From: Thermodesulfobacteriota bacterium
Lineage (GTDB): Bacteria > Desulfobacterota > Desulfobulbia > Desulfobulbales > SURF-16
Reading direction: 5' to 3'
DNA: 42,998 nt
NCBI GenBank assembly: GCA_040755455.1
Contig: JBFMAY010000037.1
Span: 1 to 42,998, forward strand
Shown here: piece by piece, positions 19,331 through 28,986 of the stretch
Position numbering within the stretch: the first letter of the stretch is position 1
Layout of the letters: each line of letters opens with the position of its first letter
Position numbers and translations under genes: made by a program
The notes under the pieces: model-generated
What the model saw: only the letters and a program-made list of their open reading frames with translations
Database searches by the model: none
What the model was told of the DNA's origin: nothing

Positions 19331-20431
19331 CTATTGCTGCGCCTTGGCCTCCGCCTGCTGCCCAGCCTCCTGCTGCAGATCATCGAGCAGTATCTCAACC
19401 TTGGCATCCTTCCGCAGCTCCCCCACCCATTCTGCCCGCCGCTTCTCCTGGAAATAGGGGGCCAGGCGGTCTTCCAGCATGGTCCGCGCCTCCTCTTCAG
19501 TCAGATCGCGGGCCGGGTCCTTGGTCAGCACCTCAAAGATATGAAAAGAATCGCCGTCCTGCACCACGCCGCTGAACTCGCCGATCCGCATGTCCTGCAT
19601 TTTGGCAAATACGGCGGGATTCTTGTCTTTGCTGACCTGGAAGCGGCGAACAATGAAGGTGCCGTCCAGCACCAGTTTACCGAAGTCATTGTTGTTCTTT
19701 TTGAGCTGCCCCAGCAGTTTTTCCGCGGTGGCCCTTGTTGCCGCTTCATCCTTGCCGGCCATGACCAGTATTTCCTTGACCTGGTAATTATCCGTCTTCT
19801 TTAATTTACCTGCCTCTTTATACTCCTTGTACAGCCTGTCCACCGCCTCGGGATCCTTGCCCGTTTTCTGGAACACCTCGCGGCCGGTGATGCCTTCCAG
19901 AAGCTGGCCCCGGTCAATCCTGGCCCTGAGCTGCCCTTCCGTCAGGGCAATGTCAGCAAGATAGCCCGCAAATCCCTCTGCCGAACCATAGCTGTTCTTG
20001 AGATTATCGATTACCTCCTGGGTCCTTTCCGCCTTGGGCTTGATCCCCTGCTTCACCGCCTCTTTCACCGCCAGTTCCTCAAAGATGAGGCGGTCAAGTG
20101 CCCGCTGTTTGATCTCCCTGGTGATCTCCTCTGTGGGTTCCGGGACATCCTTGTAAAAGGCTTTGGCCACCCGGTTCATCATGCCCAGCAGGTCATACAT
20201 AGTGATCTCGGCGCCATTAACCCGGGCCACGATCTCCTTCCTGGCCTCGGCGGCCTTCTTGCGGTTTTCTGCTATTTCCTGCTTATCATCCGGAGCGGCA
20301 ACAGCCTGCTCGCTGGTCGCCGGGGATGCGGCTGGTGTTGGAGGGGGTGCGGGAGTGCTTGCTCCAGCAGGAGCAGTGAGGAGCAGAGCCCCCAGAAAAA
20401 TTGCCGTGACAGAGTATTTGAGTTGCTTCAT
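19331..20431 (-). CDS. SurA/PrsA-like periplasmic foldase (SurA_N plus degenerate parvulin domain)
   Basis: Signal peptide, IVARVNGAEIT, ALDRLIFEEL, GEFSGVVQDGDSFHIFEV, WVGELRKDAKVEI. Confidence 0.85.
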   Translation of the reverse strand: MKQLKYSVTAIFLGALLLTAPAGASTPAPPPTPAASPATSEQAVAAPDDKQEIAENRKKAAEARKEIVARVNGAEITMYDLLGMMNRVAKAFYKDVPEPTEEITREIKQRALDRLIFEELAVKEAVKQGIKPKAERTQEVIDNLKNSYGSAEGFAGYLADIALTEGQLRARIDRGQLLEGITGREVFQKTGKDPEAVDRLYKEYKEAGKLKKTDNYQVKEILVMAGKDEAATRATAEKLLGQLKKNNNDFGKLVLDGTFIVRRFQVSKDKNPAVFAKMQDMRIGEFSGVVQDGDSFHIFEVLTKDPARDLTEEEARTMLEDRLAPYFQEKRRAEWVGELRKDAKVEILLDDLQQEAGQQAEAKAQQ

Positions 20432-20459
20432 GGACAGCTCCTTATGGGAAGTTTTTTAT

Positions 20460-20588
20460 TTAAGTGCTAAGTATTAAGTTGCAAGCAGGGGATATGCGGA
20501 GAAACTACAGACAGGACAACATGTCAGGCAGCAAGGTTCGCAATTACTTTACTGTACCCTCTTAAAATTTAATACTTAAATCTCAAAT
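20460..20588. repeat. AT-rich inverted heptamer arrays
   Basis: ttaagtg ctaagta ttaagtt gcaagca (20460-20487) versus cttaaaa tttaata cttaaat ctcaaat (20561-20588). Confidence 0.5.
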
Positions 20589-20589
20589 G

Positions 20590-20621
20590 AAAAGAGCAGG
20601 CGGGATTTGCCCCGCCTGCTC
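20590..20621 (-). terminator. Intrinsic terminator after the large octaheme gene
   Basis: On the minus strand GAGCAGGCGGG-loop-CCCGCCTGCTC followed by TTTT. Confidence 0.75.
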
Positions 20622-20664
20622 AGTCACTGGTTGATATTTTTACCTTCCGTCGCTCAATTACTTA

Positions 20665-23600
20665 TTAGGGCAGAGTGACGGTGAGATCACCATCCTGGGT
20701 GAAGGTAAAGCTGGTCTTGACATGTTTCGCATCGATCGCCTCAACAATGATGTTGTAGCTGCGGCCGCCGCGGGCGTAGGTATGGTTGACACCTGCAACC
20801 AGATCAACCTGGGGATTGGTGGAAACGGTACGTGTCCGGTCTCCCCAGTAGATGTAGGCGCGAACCACACTGGCATCCAGGGTCGGAGCAGTCAGGGTGA
20901 CCACTTTCCCGGCAACGCTGGTGGCAAAGTCAACAACAGGCACCGGCGGCTTGACGACCACGGCCTTCACCGTGACGCTCTGGCTGTCGCTTACGCTTGA
21001 CTCGTCACCCAAGGTGGCCGGATCATCAACCATGGTCATGGTGAGGGATGCCGTATACGAACCGGCAGCCGGATACTGCACAACAACCTGGTTCGAACCG
21101 TTGCCGCCAACCACTACCCCACCGGTTGTATCCCAGTCATAGTCGCAGGTCATCTGGGTGATGGCGCTGGTCGCAGGGTCCTTCTTGTAACATGCCGCCC
21201 GGCTGGCGTCATAGGTCACCGTCAGGTCCGTGTCAGTTGAAGGCAGACCGCTGAAGATGGCGTCGACAACATAGGTCTTGTCAGCCACGGCGGTGCCCTG
21301 GTTCATGAGCAGGGCCAGGGTCTGGGCCGTGTAGCCGAGGTACTGGTTGGCGCTCTGGGCGGTGGCGATATGCCGTTTGCCGTCCATGGCCGTAGCTGCA
21401 GCCGAGTTACACGGTACCACTGCCGGCATCATGGGATTGGGTCCGCCCATATAGTCATAGCAATAGGCTGCCTGGTCCCATGAGCTCACATGGCTCGCGT
21501 TGCTCGGGTTCTGCTCGCCGCCGACCGCCCATTTGATTTTCGGGGTGCCGTCAGCATTGTAGGACTGCTGCAGGTCGATCTTGAAGTGGGACACTGCCTC
21601 AGCGCGACCAAGCATCAGACCGAACGGATTGTGCCCGATCTCCGCCATATCGGTCATGGCGCCTTCACAGTCGGCATCAACCATACATGCTCCGCCATTG
21701 CGGAAACCGCCGGTACAGGTACCGGGATTCGGAGCAGCGGCGCCGGTACAGGTGCCGTTGATCATGCCGGCATAAGCTTCCATGCCGGGCATGCCCGCAT
21801 AGTTCGGCATACAGTTGTTCACCGTCTGGTCTGCTTTGCCGTCTCCGTTCATGTCCGGAGCCGGGCTGAAGCTTACCGGGCCGGCGAAAGGATTACATCC
21901 CAGGGTACCTGCGGTCTGCAGTTCTTTTAGCGCAAAGCCCTGGATACCGGCAACACCGTCGTACATCCCCATCTGCATGGCTGTGCCGGCCGGGAAGCCC
22001 ATGGCCTCATCAAAGGTCTTGGTCATCATGCCGATCACATGCTGCAGCTGTGCGTTGCCGCCGGTTGTGCCGAACATCGGATTATTGGAGAACCATGAAT
22101 TGGGTGAACACTCGGCCGTCATGTTGGGCTGGCCGGTCATGGGGTTAAAGTAGAAGTTGTGATGGTCGGTATTGGGATTGATCATCCCGCCCATGCCATC
22201 GGTGGCCATCTTGGTCGGATCGCCCATACCGCACATGGCGGCAGCGTCAAAGTCCGCAAACATGGCCATCCAGTTCTTGACGATCTCGTAGCCGCCTACG
22301 CCGAAGCCCGGCATACCGGCATTGGCTACGGGCTGTACATAGCCCTCAAAGAAACCCACGGAGTAGGGTGAGTAGTTGGGACTTGCCGCGTTCATGCTGG
22401 AGTGACAGCTCACGCAGCCGCCGCGGCTCTTGCCGCCCAGGGCCCACTCTTTGGGAACAACACCGTGGGTGACGTCGAAGTCAGCCTGAATAACGTTGAG
22501 GAACTTGACGAAACGGGCATCGGAGCCATTGACCTGGCCATTAAAGCCGCCCAGCATGGCGTTGATCTCCGCCTCGGTGTCGATCTCCCAGGAGTCAACA
22601 ATCTGGAAACCGTCAAACAGAGGCACGGTGTTACCGCCGTTGAGCCGCATGTCAAATTCCGGATGATTGTCACGGACATACTCGGCAACCTTCTGCAGGT
22701 CACGGTTCTTGACCGGTGAGGCAAAAGCTGCTGAATGCTCATCCAGGATATTGTCCATGGGCTCTCCGGCTGCTGCCATACCGGCATCATCCTTAACCAG
22801 CACGCCGCTGTTCGGCACCATCTCAAACCAGGTGGGCAGCAGTGACGGCAGAACAGGATAGATCTTGCGCTCGCCGTTCTTGGTCACCCATTTGCGCAGC
22901 GATGGAACGGTATTATGGCTGCCGGTCACCAGGTCGAAGTTCCAATCCAGGGTGTTCCTGAAGGTGCCGCGGGCAAAACCTGCGGTCCAGTCGCGGTATT
23001 TCAGCCGGCCGGGAGCGGAATAGGTCTCGGGCACGTGACAGGTCACGCAGCCGATGCGGTCGATATGCAGCTGGGGCAGACCGTTATGAAGCGGCATCGG
23101 GGCAACCAGGGTACCGCCGTTTTCCACCAGTTTCGGATTGTCACGCACAGTATGGCAGCCATCGCACCTGATCTTGGCGTCGAGGTTGTTCTTGCCCTTG
23201 GTGTCCGGGAAAGAGTCAGCCTGGGCAAATTGATGGTCCATGGCGTAGATCCGCTCGGCCGGATACTCATAGCCGTGCACCTCTTTGGCGGGAATATCCT
23301 CGTAGCCGAGATTCTCGGAGGTATTGCCATCACCGTCAGCATCGCTCAAATCCTTGGTGGTGGAACCGACTGCATAGTGGCAGGAGGCGCATTCCATGCC
23401 GTTGCGGTCATGGACATCGATGTCCGGCATCTTGCCGGGGATCGGGTCGCCGGCGTTGGGCACGGTGGCCGGATTCATATCCAGGGTGCTCGGGGCAAAC
23501 ATGGACATGCCCCAGCGGGCGTTGACGCCGTAGTCGTCGTTTTCAGCAGTGATCTTGTGAGCGCGTTTACCCATACCGGTCTTGCAGCCAAAATCAAACC

Positions 23601-25053
23601 AGTAGTCATCGTTCAATGCCCCGGGTCCGTTATCGGTATCGAGATCGCGGCTGGCGCCCATATTGCCTGACGGCATGGGGTTGGACGGATCATGGATGAG
23701 GCCGTAGTTCCCGTAACCGGTGCGCATGGCCATCATGCCGGGCAGACCCATGGTTTGGTCATCGCGGGCATGGCAGACGGAACAGTTTTCGCTCTTCGGA
23801 GTATAGGCGAGATTGGTATCCTTTATTTTTACGCAGTCTGTAACAGAAACAAGATAGTACGAACCGCTCGGCACAGTAATGCCTGAACCGGCGGGGGGAG
23901 TACCGGTTGTATAACACGCGCCTATAGCATCCCTCTGAGCCCTGGTAACAACGGTGCCTGCCAAGGCCAGCTCTGCAGGTGTGGCATGTATCAGCTTATC
24001 ACCCCAGTCAACACCGGTGAGCTGATTCGTAGCAGGATCAAAGGTACCCTTGGCGCCCGCACCCAGGGAGGCGATGAGATCCATACGCCGCTGTTTCAGA
24101 CCGAAGTTGCGGTTGAACATGTCATAGGCGAAAACATTGTCAGGAGACACGGTACGAAGTCCGGGTATCATGGAGTTGCCGGAACAGGTCGGATCGTTCA
24201 TCGGTCCGATGGGATTGCCTGGTCCGCAGTCAAGGGTCTTCAGCCAGGCGGAACCGGGATTTGAACCATTGAGATGACACATCAGGCAGTCCATCTCGGC
24301 CTTGTTGGTTGCGCTCATGTTGCCGACCGTGACATTATCCCATGAGGTTTCATCAATGGCGGTGCCGGGATCATCGGGACGGGCATATTTGAGCACATAG
24401 GTATCACCGGCACCTTCACCGGCTGAACCATAGGCCTGCAGGTCACGGTTGTATTCGAGCTGGCCGCCGCCGACATGGCAAACGCCACAGGTGTTGCCCC
24501 ATTCCTGGGCGCCCATTTCCACGGACAGGGGATTGGTTAAAGGATCTGCGTTTTTAGCCGCCAACTGGCGGTTTGACGGGGGTCAGTACTTGCCGAACAT
24601 GCCTGGGGAACTTTCCCAGAACTTGCCGCCGACCGCATGGCGCAGATGGTTGCCGTAGTCTTCGTTTCGTCCCTGCTGGGAATGACGGCCGGTGACAAAA
24701 CCATGCTTGTAGTCCTCGACAGTATAGGTTACCCACTCGGCCTCACCGGTGGTCTCATTCATGATACCCTGGGTCTTGACAACGGTCTTGGTTGCTCCGC
24801 CGCCGTCATAGCTACCTTTGACACTGACAGGGGCATCAATTTCCTTACCATTGGCGTCATAAACGACAGGCGTGGTATGGCAAGCTCCACAGGTCGTTTT
24901 CGGACTGTAGGGCGTGGTTGCATTACTGATAATATTGCCGGCACTGTCCCTAAACGGGATGTTCGCAGGATGGGCAAAGGCATTGACGCCGACCATCAGG
25001 GCCGCTGTGGTCAGGACAGGTACCAGTAAGCCGTTTTTGTACCTTTTTCTCAT
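20665..25053 (-). CDS. Putative selenocysteine-containing, secreted OTR-like octaheme cytochrome c (~1462 aa; Sec157 at UGA 24583-24585) with Met-rich domain and C-terminal PKD-like domains
   Basis: ORFs 24583..25053 and 20665..24564 are in frame: ...ATG TTC GGC AAG TAC TGA CCC CCG TCA AAC CGC CAG TTG GCG GCT... (MFGKY-U-PPSNRQLAA). Only the upstream part has an RBS (AAGGAG) and signal peptide. Hemes 1+7 give 8 CxxCH with OTR-like context. Confidence 0.8.
24558..24585 (-). promoter_or_regulatory. Candidate bacterial SECIS element (UGA + 11 nt + CCGCC-AGUU-GGCGG hairpin)
   Basis: GC stem starts 11 nt after UGA. The apical loop starts 16 nt after UGA with G in position 2 followed by U, which fits the bacterial SECIS geometry. 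Confidence 0.7.
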
Positions 25054-25205
25054 TTTTCACTCCTTGGTTAACTTCTTCTTTTGGTTCGATCTTTGCCGGC
25101 GGTCAACACGGTTTGGGGGAACCGTTACTCCTCTTCACCGCAGGCAAACAATCTCATGCTTGTAACAGCGCTACCTGAAAATCTGAGAAACATGCCCAAC
25201 CATAG

Positions 25206-25221
25206 AGCAAACTGCGTGCCC
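25206..25221 (-). promoter_or_regulatory. sigma54 (-24/-12) promoter of the octaheme gene
   Basis: GGGCACG-CAGT-TTGCT, GG-N10-GC spacing. Confidence 0.75.
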
Positions 25222-25323
25222 ATCAGGAACAACAACATAATTTTTTATTTAACTATTTGAAATTCAATACTTATTTTGTTTAAAACAACCAGACCTTTTC
25301 CACCCCGCATCCTGCCGGACACA

Positions 25324-25357
25324 GTGTGTATTCACCCGGCAAAGGGGTATTTCCCCC
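25324..25357. promoter_or_regulatory. Paired palindromic candidate enhancer (bEBP site)
   Basis: GTGTGTATTCACCC-N6-GGGGTATTTCCCCC, about 100-135 bp upstream of the sigma54 promoter. Confidence 0.55.
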
Positions 25358-25591
25358 TTTCACCCTCTTGCGGCTTTTTTCGTGGGAAATCACACCCATA
25401 GCAGGCGAAAACCATTGGGTTTTTATGCCCAATTGCACTATTTCATCCTGGGGTTAAATATCCAATTTTTTCTTTTTCACCCGGCAAAAAGCACTGCTTT
25501 GCTCCAGTCCCGGCCTAACCTATTTTGTGATAAATATTATCTCTTTCCACCTAACGTGATGATTCAAAAAATAAATTCTTAAAACATCTGC

Positions 25592-25630
25592 AAAAAAAGG
25601 AGTTGTGGGGCATTTGCCCCACAACTCCTT
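25592..25630 (-). terminator. Intrinsic terminator after the 710-aa cytochrome
   Basis: Long hairpin AAGGAGTTGTGGGGCA/TGCCCCACAACTCCTT with a T-run on the minus strand. Confidence 0.8.
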
Positions 25631-25687
25631 CCATCACCAACCACCTGGGCGGGGAATTTCACCCACCCCTTTGCCGCGCCATCTCTT

Positions 25688-27820
25688 TCAGGGGATGAAG
25701 ACCGCGAGATCCTGGTCCTGGACCACGGTATAGTTCACCTTGTTATAGGCCGCATCATAGCTGGTCGCACTCATGGAATAGGTACGGCCGCCCGCACTGT
25801 AGGTGTGGGTCATGACATCGGTTGACGGACTGGCATAGACGGTTTTCTTACCATCCCCCCAGTAGACATAGAGCCTTACCACGTTTGCGGGCAGCGTGGC
25901 CGTAAGTTTCACGGTTCTGCCGGTCACCGTGGTGACGAAATCAGCCGCAGCGGGAGGCGGCGCAACATTTGCGGCAGTAACGGCGACACTGGCCGTGTTT
26001 GACTTGCCGGTCACCGACTCCCGCATGGTCAGGCTGGCGGTGTAATTACCCTCGGCACCATACTGATAAACCACCGTATCAGTACCGTTGCCCCCGACCA
26101 TGCCGCCGGCCCCGCCGAGATCCCAGGTATAGCTGCATACCCGCTCCACCGGCACACCGCCCACGTTTTCGTAACAGGCGGAGCGGGTGGCATCAAAGGT
26201 AACGGTCCGGTCGGCGGTGAGGGAGGGCAGCGCACTGACATGAGGCGTCACCACCAGATCACTGTTCATCCCCCAGCGGGCCGGATCGGAATAGCCCCAG
26301 TAGGCATGGCACGAATTGGCGGAACAGGTGCCGCCGCCCTTGGCAAAGCTGTAGGTGAAATCAAGGGGCTGATTTGCTCCCCGGGCTGAGAAGGTCGGCG
26401 CCGGGACCACGTCATAGACCTTGTTTGAATGCAAGGCATGGTTCGTCAGGTTGGCGTAATGGCAGAGTCCGCAGTCGCCATAGCCCTTGGCGGCATGCAC
26501 GGCGTGGGTGTCCTTGCGCGGATCATCCGCGCCGGTGGCCATGGGATAGGGATGGCAGCTGCTGCAGGACAGCGGCCCCGGCGTATCCCAGGAAGGGGTG
26601 ACGTGGGAATTAAACTTGCCGGTTGACACCCAGGCACCATTACTGTGGCAGTAAACGTTGCTGCAGGTCAGACTGTTGCCACCGGTTACCGTGGTATCGC
26701 CGGTTCCTTCGTAACTGTAGGGGGCCTGCAGCCCCGTCTGCCCGTCATAGCCTGAGGCGATGCCGGCGGGGTTGACCGCAAAGCCGATCTGGATTCTGTT
26801 GTTGTCCGAGATGGGTGAGGCCGGCATGCCGCCGGCGTGGCAGCTGTCACAGCTGAAGTTAAAGCCTGCCGCTGTGGCGTGCAGGGCATGGGCCCCTGCC
26901 GTCACGGAGCCGGTTGCAGCCGGCACGGCCACCAGGCCGTCACCGCCCTGGGCCGCATCCACCACCGGCGGATTGCCGTGACAGGAGTTGCAGTTGGCGT
27001 TAAAGCCGCTCATATGCTCATGGCAGGTGGTACAGTCCTGGCCATTATTGTGGCCGGCCAAGGAGCCGTCATTGCGCCAGTATTTGGTCTGGGTGTGGCA
27101 GACCTGGCATACCCCGTCCGGGGTGGAATCGCCGCCCTCCGGCCCGAGCCCGTCGTTGGCCGCAAAGCTGGCGGGTCCGCTAAAGACCACCGGCCGGCCG
27201 TTGATCTCGCTTTTGATCAGCTGTCCGAATATCAGACTGAACTCCGGGGAACCGCTTAAGGCACTGCTGCCGGCATGGGTGCCGTTCACCGTGATTGAGC
27301 CCGCGTCAGCCGCCACCACCTCGGCCGAATAATCGACATATTCCGGCGGTGTCCGGCTGGTATCCAACAGACCAAGGGTAACCGTAAAGATCAGACCCCG
27401 CTCCGGGCCGCTTTTCACACTCCACCGAGCCGGATCGCTCCAGGCCGGATCAACCACGCTCAGCGAATTGATGGTAAAGGTGGTGGTCTGCCCGTTGACC
27501 TGATAACCGCTGAAGGTACCCCTCACCACCGGCACGGTGCATTGGGCCGAGGTATGGGGGTCATGGCAGGTGACGCAGCTGAAACCGGCGTGACTTTGCA
27601 CCGCCGGGGCGTCCAGCTTGGCATAGTTGCCGCCCGTGTCATTGTCGTGGCAATCGGTGCAGGCCGTTGTCGAGCCCTGGTGATCGACATGGCAGTCAAG
27701 ACAGTAAATGTTATTCTCCAGCCAATGGGGTGACTGGGCGGCAACGGCGTTCTTGCCGAGCAGCAGCAATCCGGTCATGATCATGAAACCGCTCAAGGTG
27801 TATTTCTTTTTCATTTTCAC
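25688..27820 (-). CDS. Secreted CxxxxCH/CxxCH-type multiheme cytochrome (9 CxxCH + 2 CX4CH) with C-terminal PKD-like domains
   Basis: Signal peptide; TCSNVYCHSNG...W....CSSCH pattern; paralog of 40503..42626. Start is GTG 27820 or ATG 27814. Confidence 0.92.
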   Translation of the reverse strand: MKMKKKYTLSGFMIMTGLLLLGKNAVAAQSPHWLENNIYCLDCHVDHQGSTTACTDCHDNDTGGNYAKLDAPAVQSHAGFSCVTCHDPHTSAQCTVPVVRGTFSGYQVNGQTTTFTINSLSVVDPAWSDPARWSVKSGPERGLIFTVTLGLLDTSRTPPEYVDYSAEVVAADAGSITVNGTHAGSSALSGSPEFSLIFGQLIKSEINGRPVVFSGPASFAANDGLGPEGGDSTPDGVCQVCHTQTKYWRNDGSLAGHNNGQDCTTCHEHMSGFNANCNSCHGNPPVVDAAQGGDGLVAVPAATGSVTAGAHALHATAAGFNFSCDSCHAGGMPASPISDNNRIQIGFAVNPAGIASGYDGQTGLQAPYSYEGTGDTTVTGGNSLTCSNVYCHSNGAWVSTGKFNSHVTPSWDTPGPLSCSSCHPYPMATGADDPRKDTHAVHAAKGYGDCGLCHYANLTNHALHSNKVYDVVPAPTFSARGANQPLDFTYSFAKGGGTCSANSCHAYWGYSDPARWGMNSDLVVTPHVSALPSLTADRTVTFDATRSACYENVGGVPVERVCSYTWDLGGAGGMVGGNGTDTVVYQYGAEGNYTASLTMRESVTGKSNTASVAVTAANVAPPPAAADFVTTVTGRTVKLTATLPANVVRLYVYWGDGKKTVYASPSTDVMTHTYSAGGRTYSMSATSYDAAYNKVNYTVVQDQDLAVFIP

Positions 27821-27930
27821 TCTCCCTCGGCACCGGCATCCCTCATGGTCCTGAAAGACGGCGGGCCGGCATCATATTGATATGCAAATTGAACGAAAAA
27901 GCGCTTCATCCCTTAATCGCGCCACCAGTT

Positions 27931-28986
27931 TTACGGTGTTCCGTAAAACTGGTGGCAGCGGTCACATTCTTGATCATCCCAGAAGCGGTAGGGCGTGCCC
28001 CAGACCACGTTGTCCTCCCCCTTGGTGCCGCCGTTATGGCAACCGACATTGCTGCAGGTCTTGGTCGCCGGGTCATAGGCGGCGCCGGAGAAGTCGTAGG
28101 TGACCGCCCCTGAAGAGGCGTCGTAAGTAAAGCCATTAACCGTATCAAAGGCCACGTCAACTGCGCCGTTCACATGTTTCGCCTTGTCAAACAGGGCAAC
28201 ATCGTTGTAAAAGCGCAGGCCATCCGGGCCGATACCTGTGGTGCTGGGTTCCTGCACCGTGTCGTAATGACAGGTCCGGCAGCCTATGGCCGCAAAGCCA
28301 TGGTTCCACACATGCAGATCCTCGTAGCCGAAATCGTCGACCCAGTAATGGCTGTCCCCTGAGCCGCCGCTGTTGTCAGCAGAGCCTGTCCTGGGGGAAT
28401 TGCCGTGGCAGCCGCCGCAGTCAAGGCTGGTGCCGTTATTCCAGCGCACATCCCTATACACCCTGGTGGTGACGATATTATCAGGCAGAGAGCCGGCCGG
28501 CCATGGCATGGGCACATCACCGTCAGTGGTCCAGCTATTGGCGCTGTGGCAGTAAACGTTGCTGCAGGTCCCGGTGGCGGGATCATAGGCGGCGCTCCCG
28601 TTGGCCGCCTTGATACTGCCGGCCGGGGCCGCGGGACTGGCCAGCTCGATATCCCCCCATACCCCGTTGCCGTGGGAGACGGCATCAAGGGGATGGCAGT
28701 TGCCGCAGCCGATCATGTTGACGGAGACGGCCTGGCCGCCGGCAAAATCGGCGGTGAGGCGCAGATCGCCATAAGCCACTGGCTCATTTACCCCGCCGAA
28801 ATGGGCGAGATGGGCACCGGTGGCCGGCGGCAGGGCATGACATGAGCCGCACTCGCCCTTGGGGCTCTTACAGTCATTCCACACGTGACAGTCAGAGCAC
28901 GGGACGTCACCAAATGCCCCCAGGCCCAGAGAAGGGATGGCAAGTCCCACAATCGCTAAAGCACCTGCACAGAATTTCTTCCTCAT
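27931..28986 (-). CDS. Secreted CxxxxCH/CxxCH-type multiheme cytochrome (6 CxxCH + 2 CX4CH)
   Basis: RBS AGGGGAG, signal peptide, two YDPAT.TCSNV.CH...W....C..CH units. Confidence 0.9.
   Translation of the reverse strand: MRKKFCAGALAIVGLAIPSLGLGAFGDVPCSDCHVWNDCKSPKGECGSCHALPPATGAHLAHFGGVNEPVAYGDLRLTADFAGGQAVSVNMIGCGNCHPLDAVSHGNGVWGDIELASPAAPAGSIKAANGSAAYDPATGTCSNVYCHSANSWTTDGDVPMPWPAGSLPDNIVTTRVYRDVRWNNGTSLDCGGCHGNSPRTGSADNSGGSGDSHYWVDDFGYEDLHVWNHGFAAIGCRTCHYDTVQEPSTTGIGPDGLRFYNDVALFDKAKHVNGAVDVAFDTVNGFTYDASSGAVTYDFSGAAYDPATKTCSNVGCHNGGTKGEDNVVWGTPYRFWDDQECDRCHQFYGTP

Noticed and set aside
24564..25053. Treating the 156-aa and 1299-aa ORFs as two independent genes
   Set aside because: They share a frame, the second has no RBS or signal peptide, and the octaheme pattern is complete only when they are joined. 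A nonsense mutation is not fully excluded.
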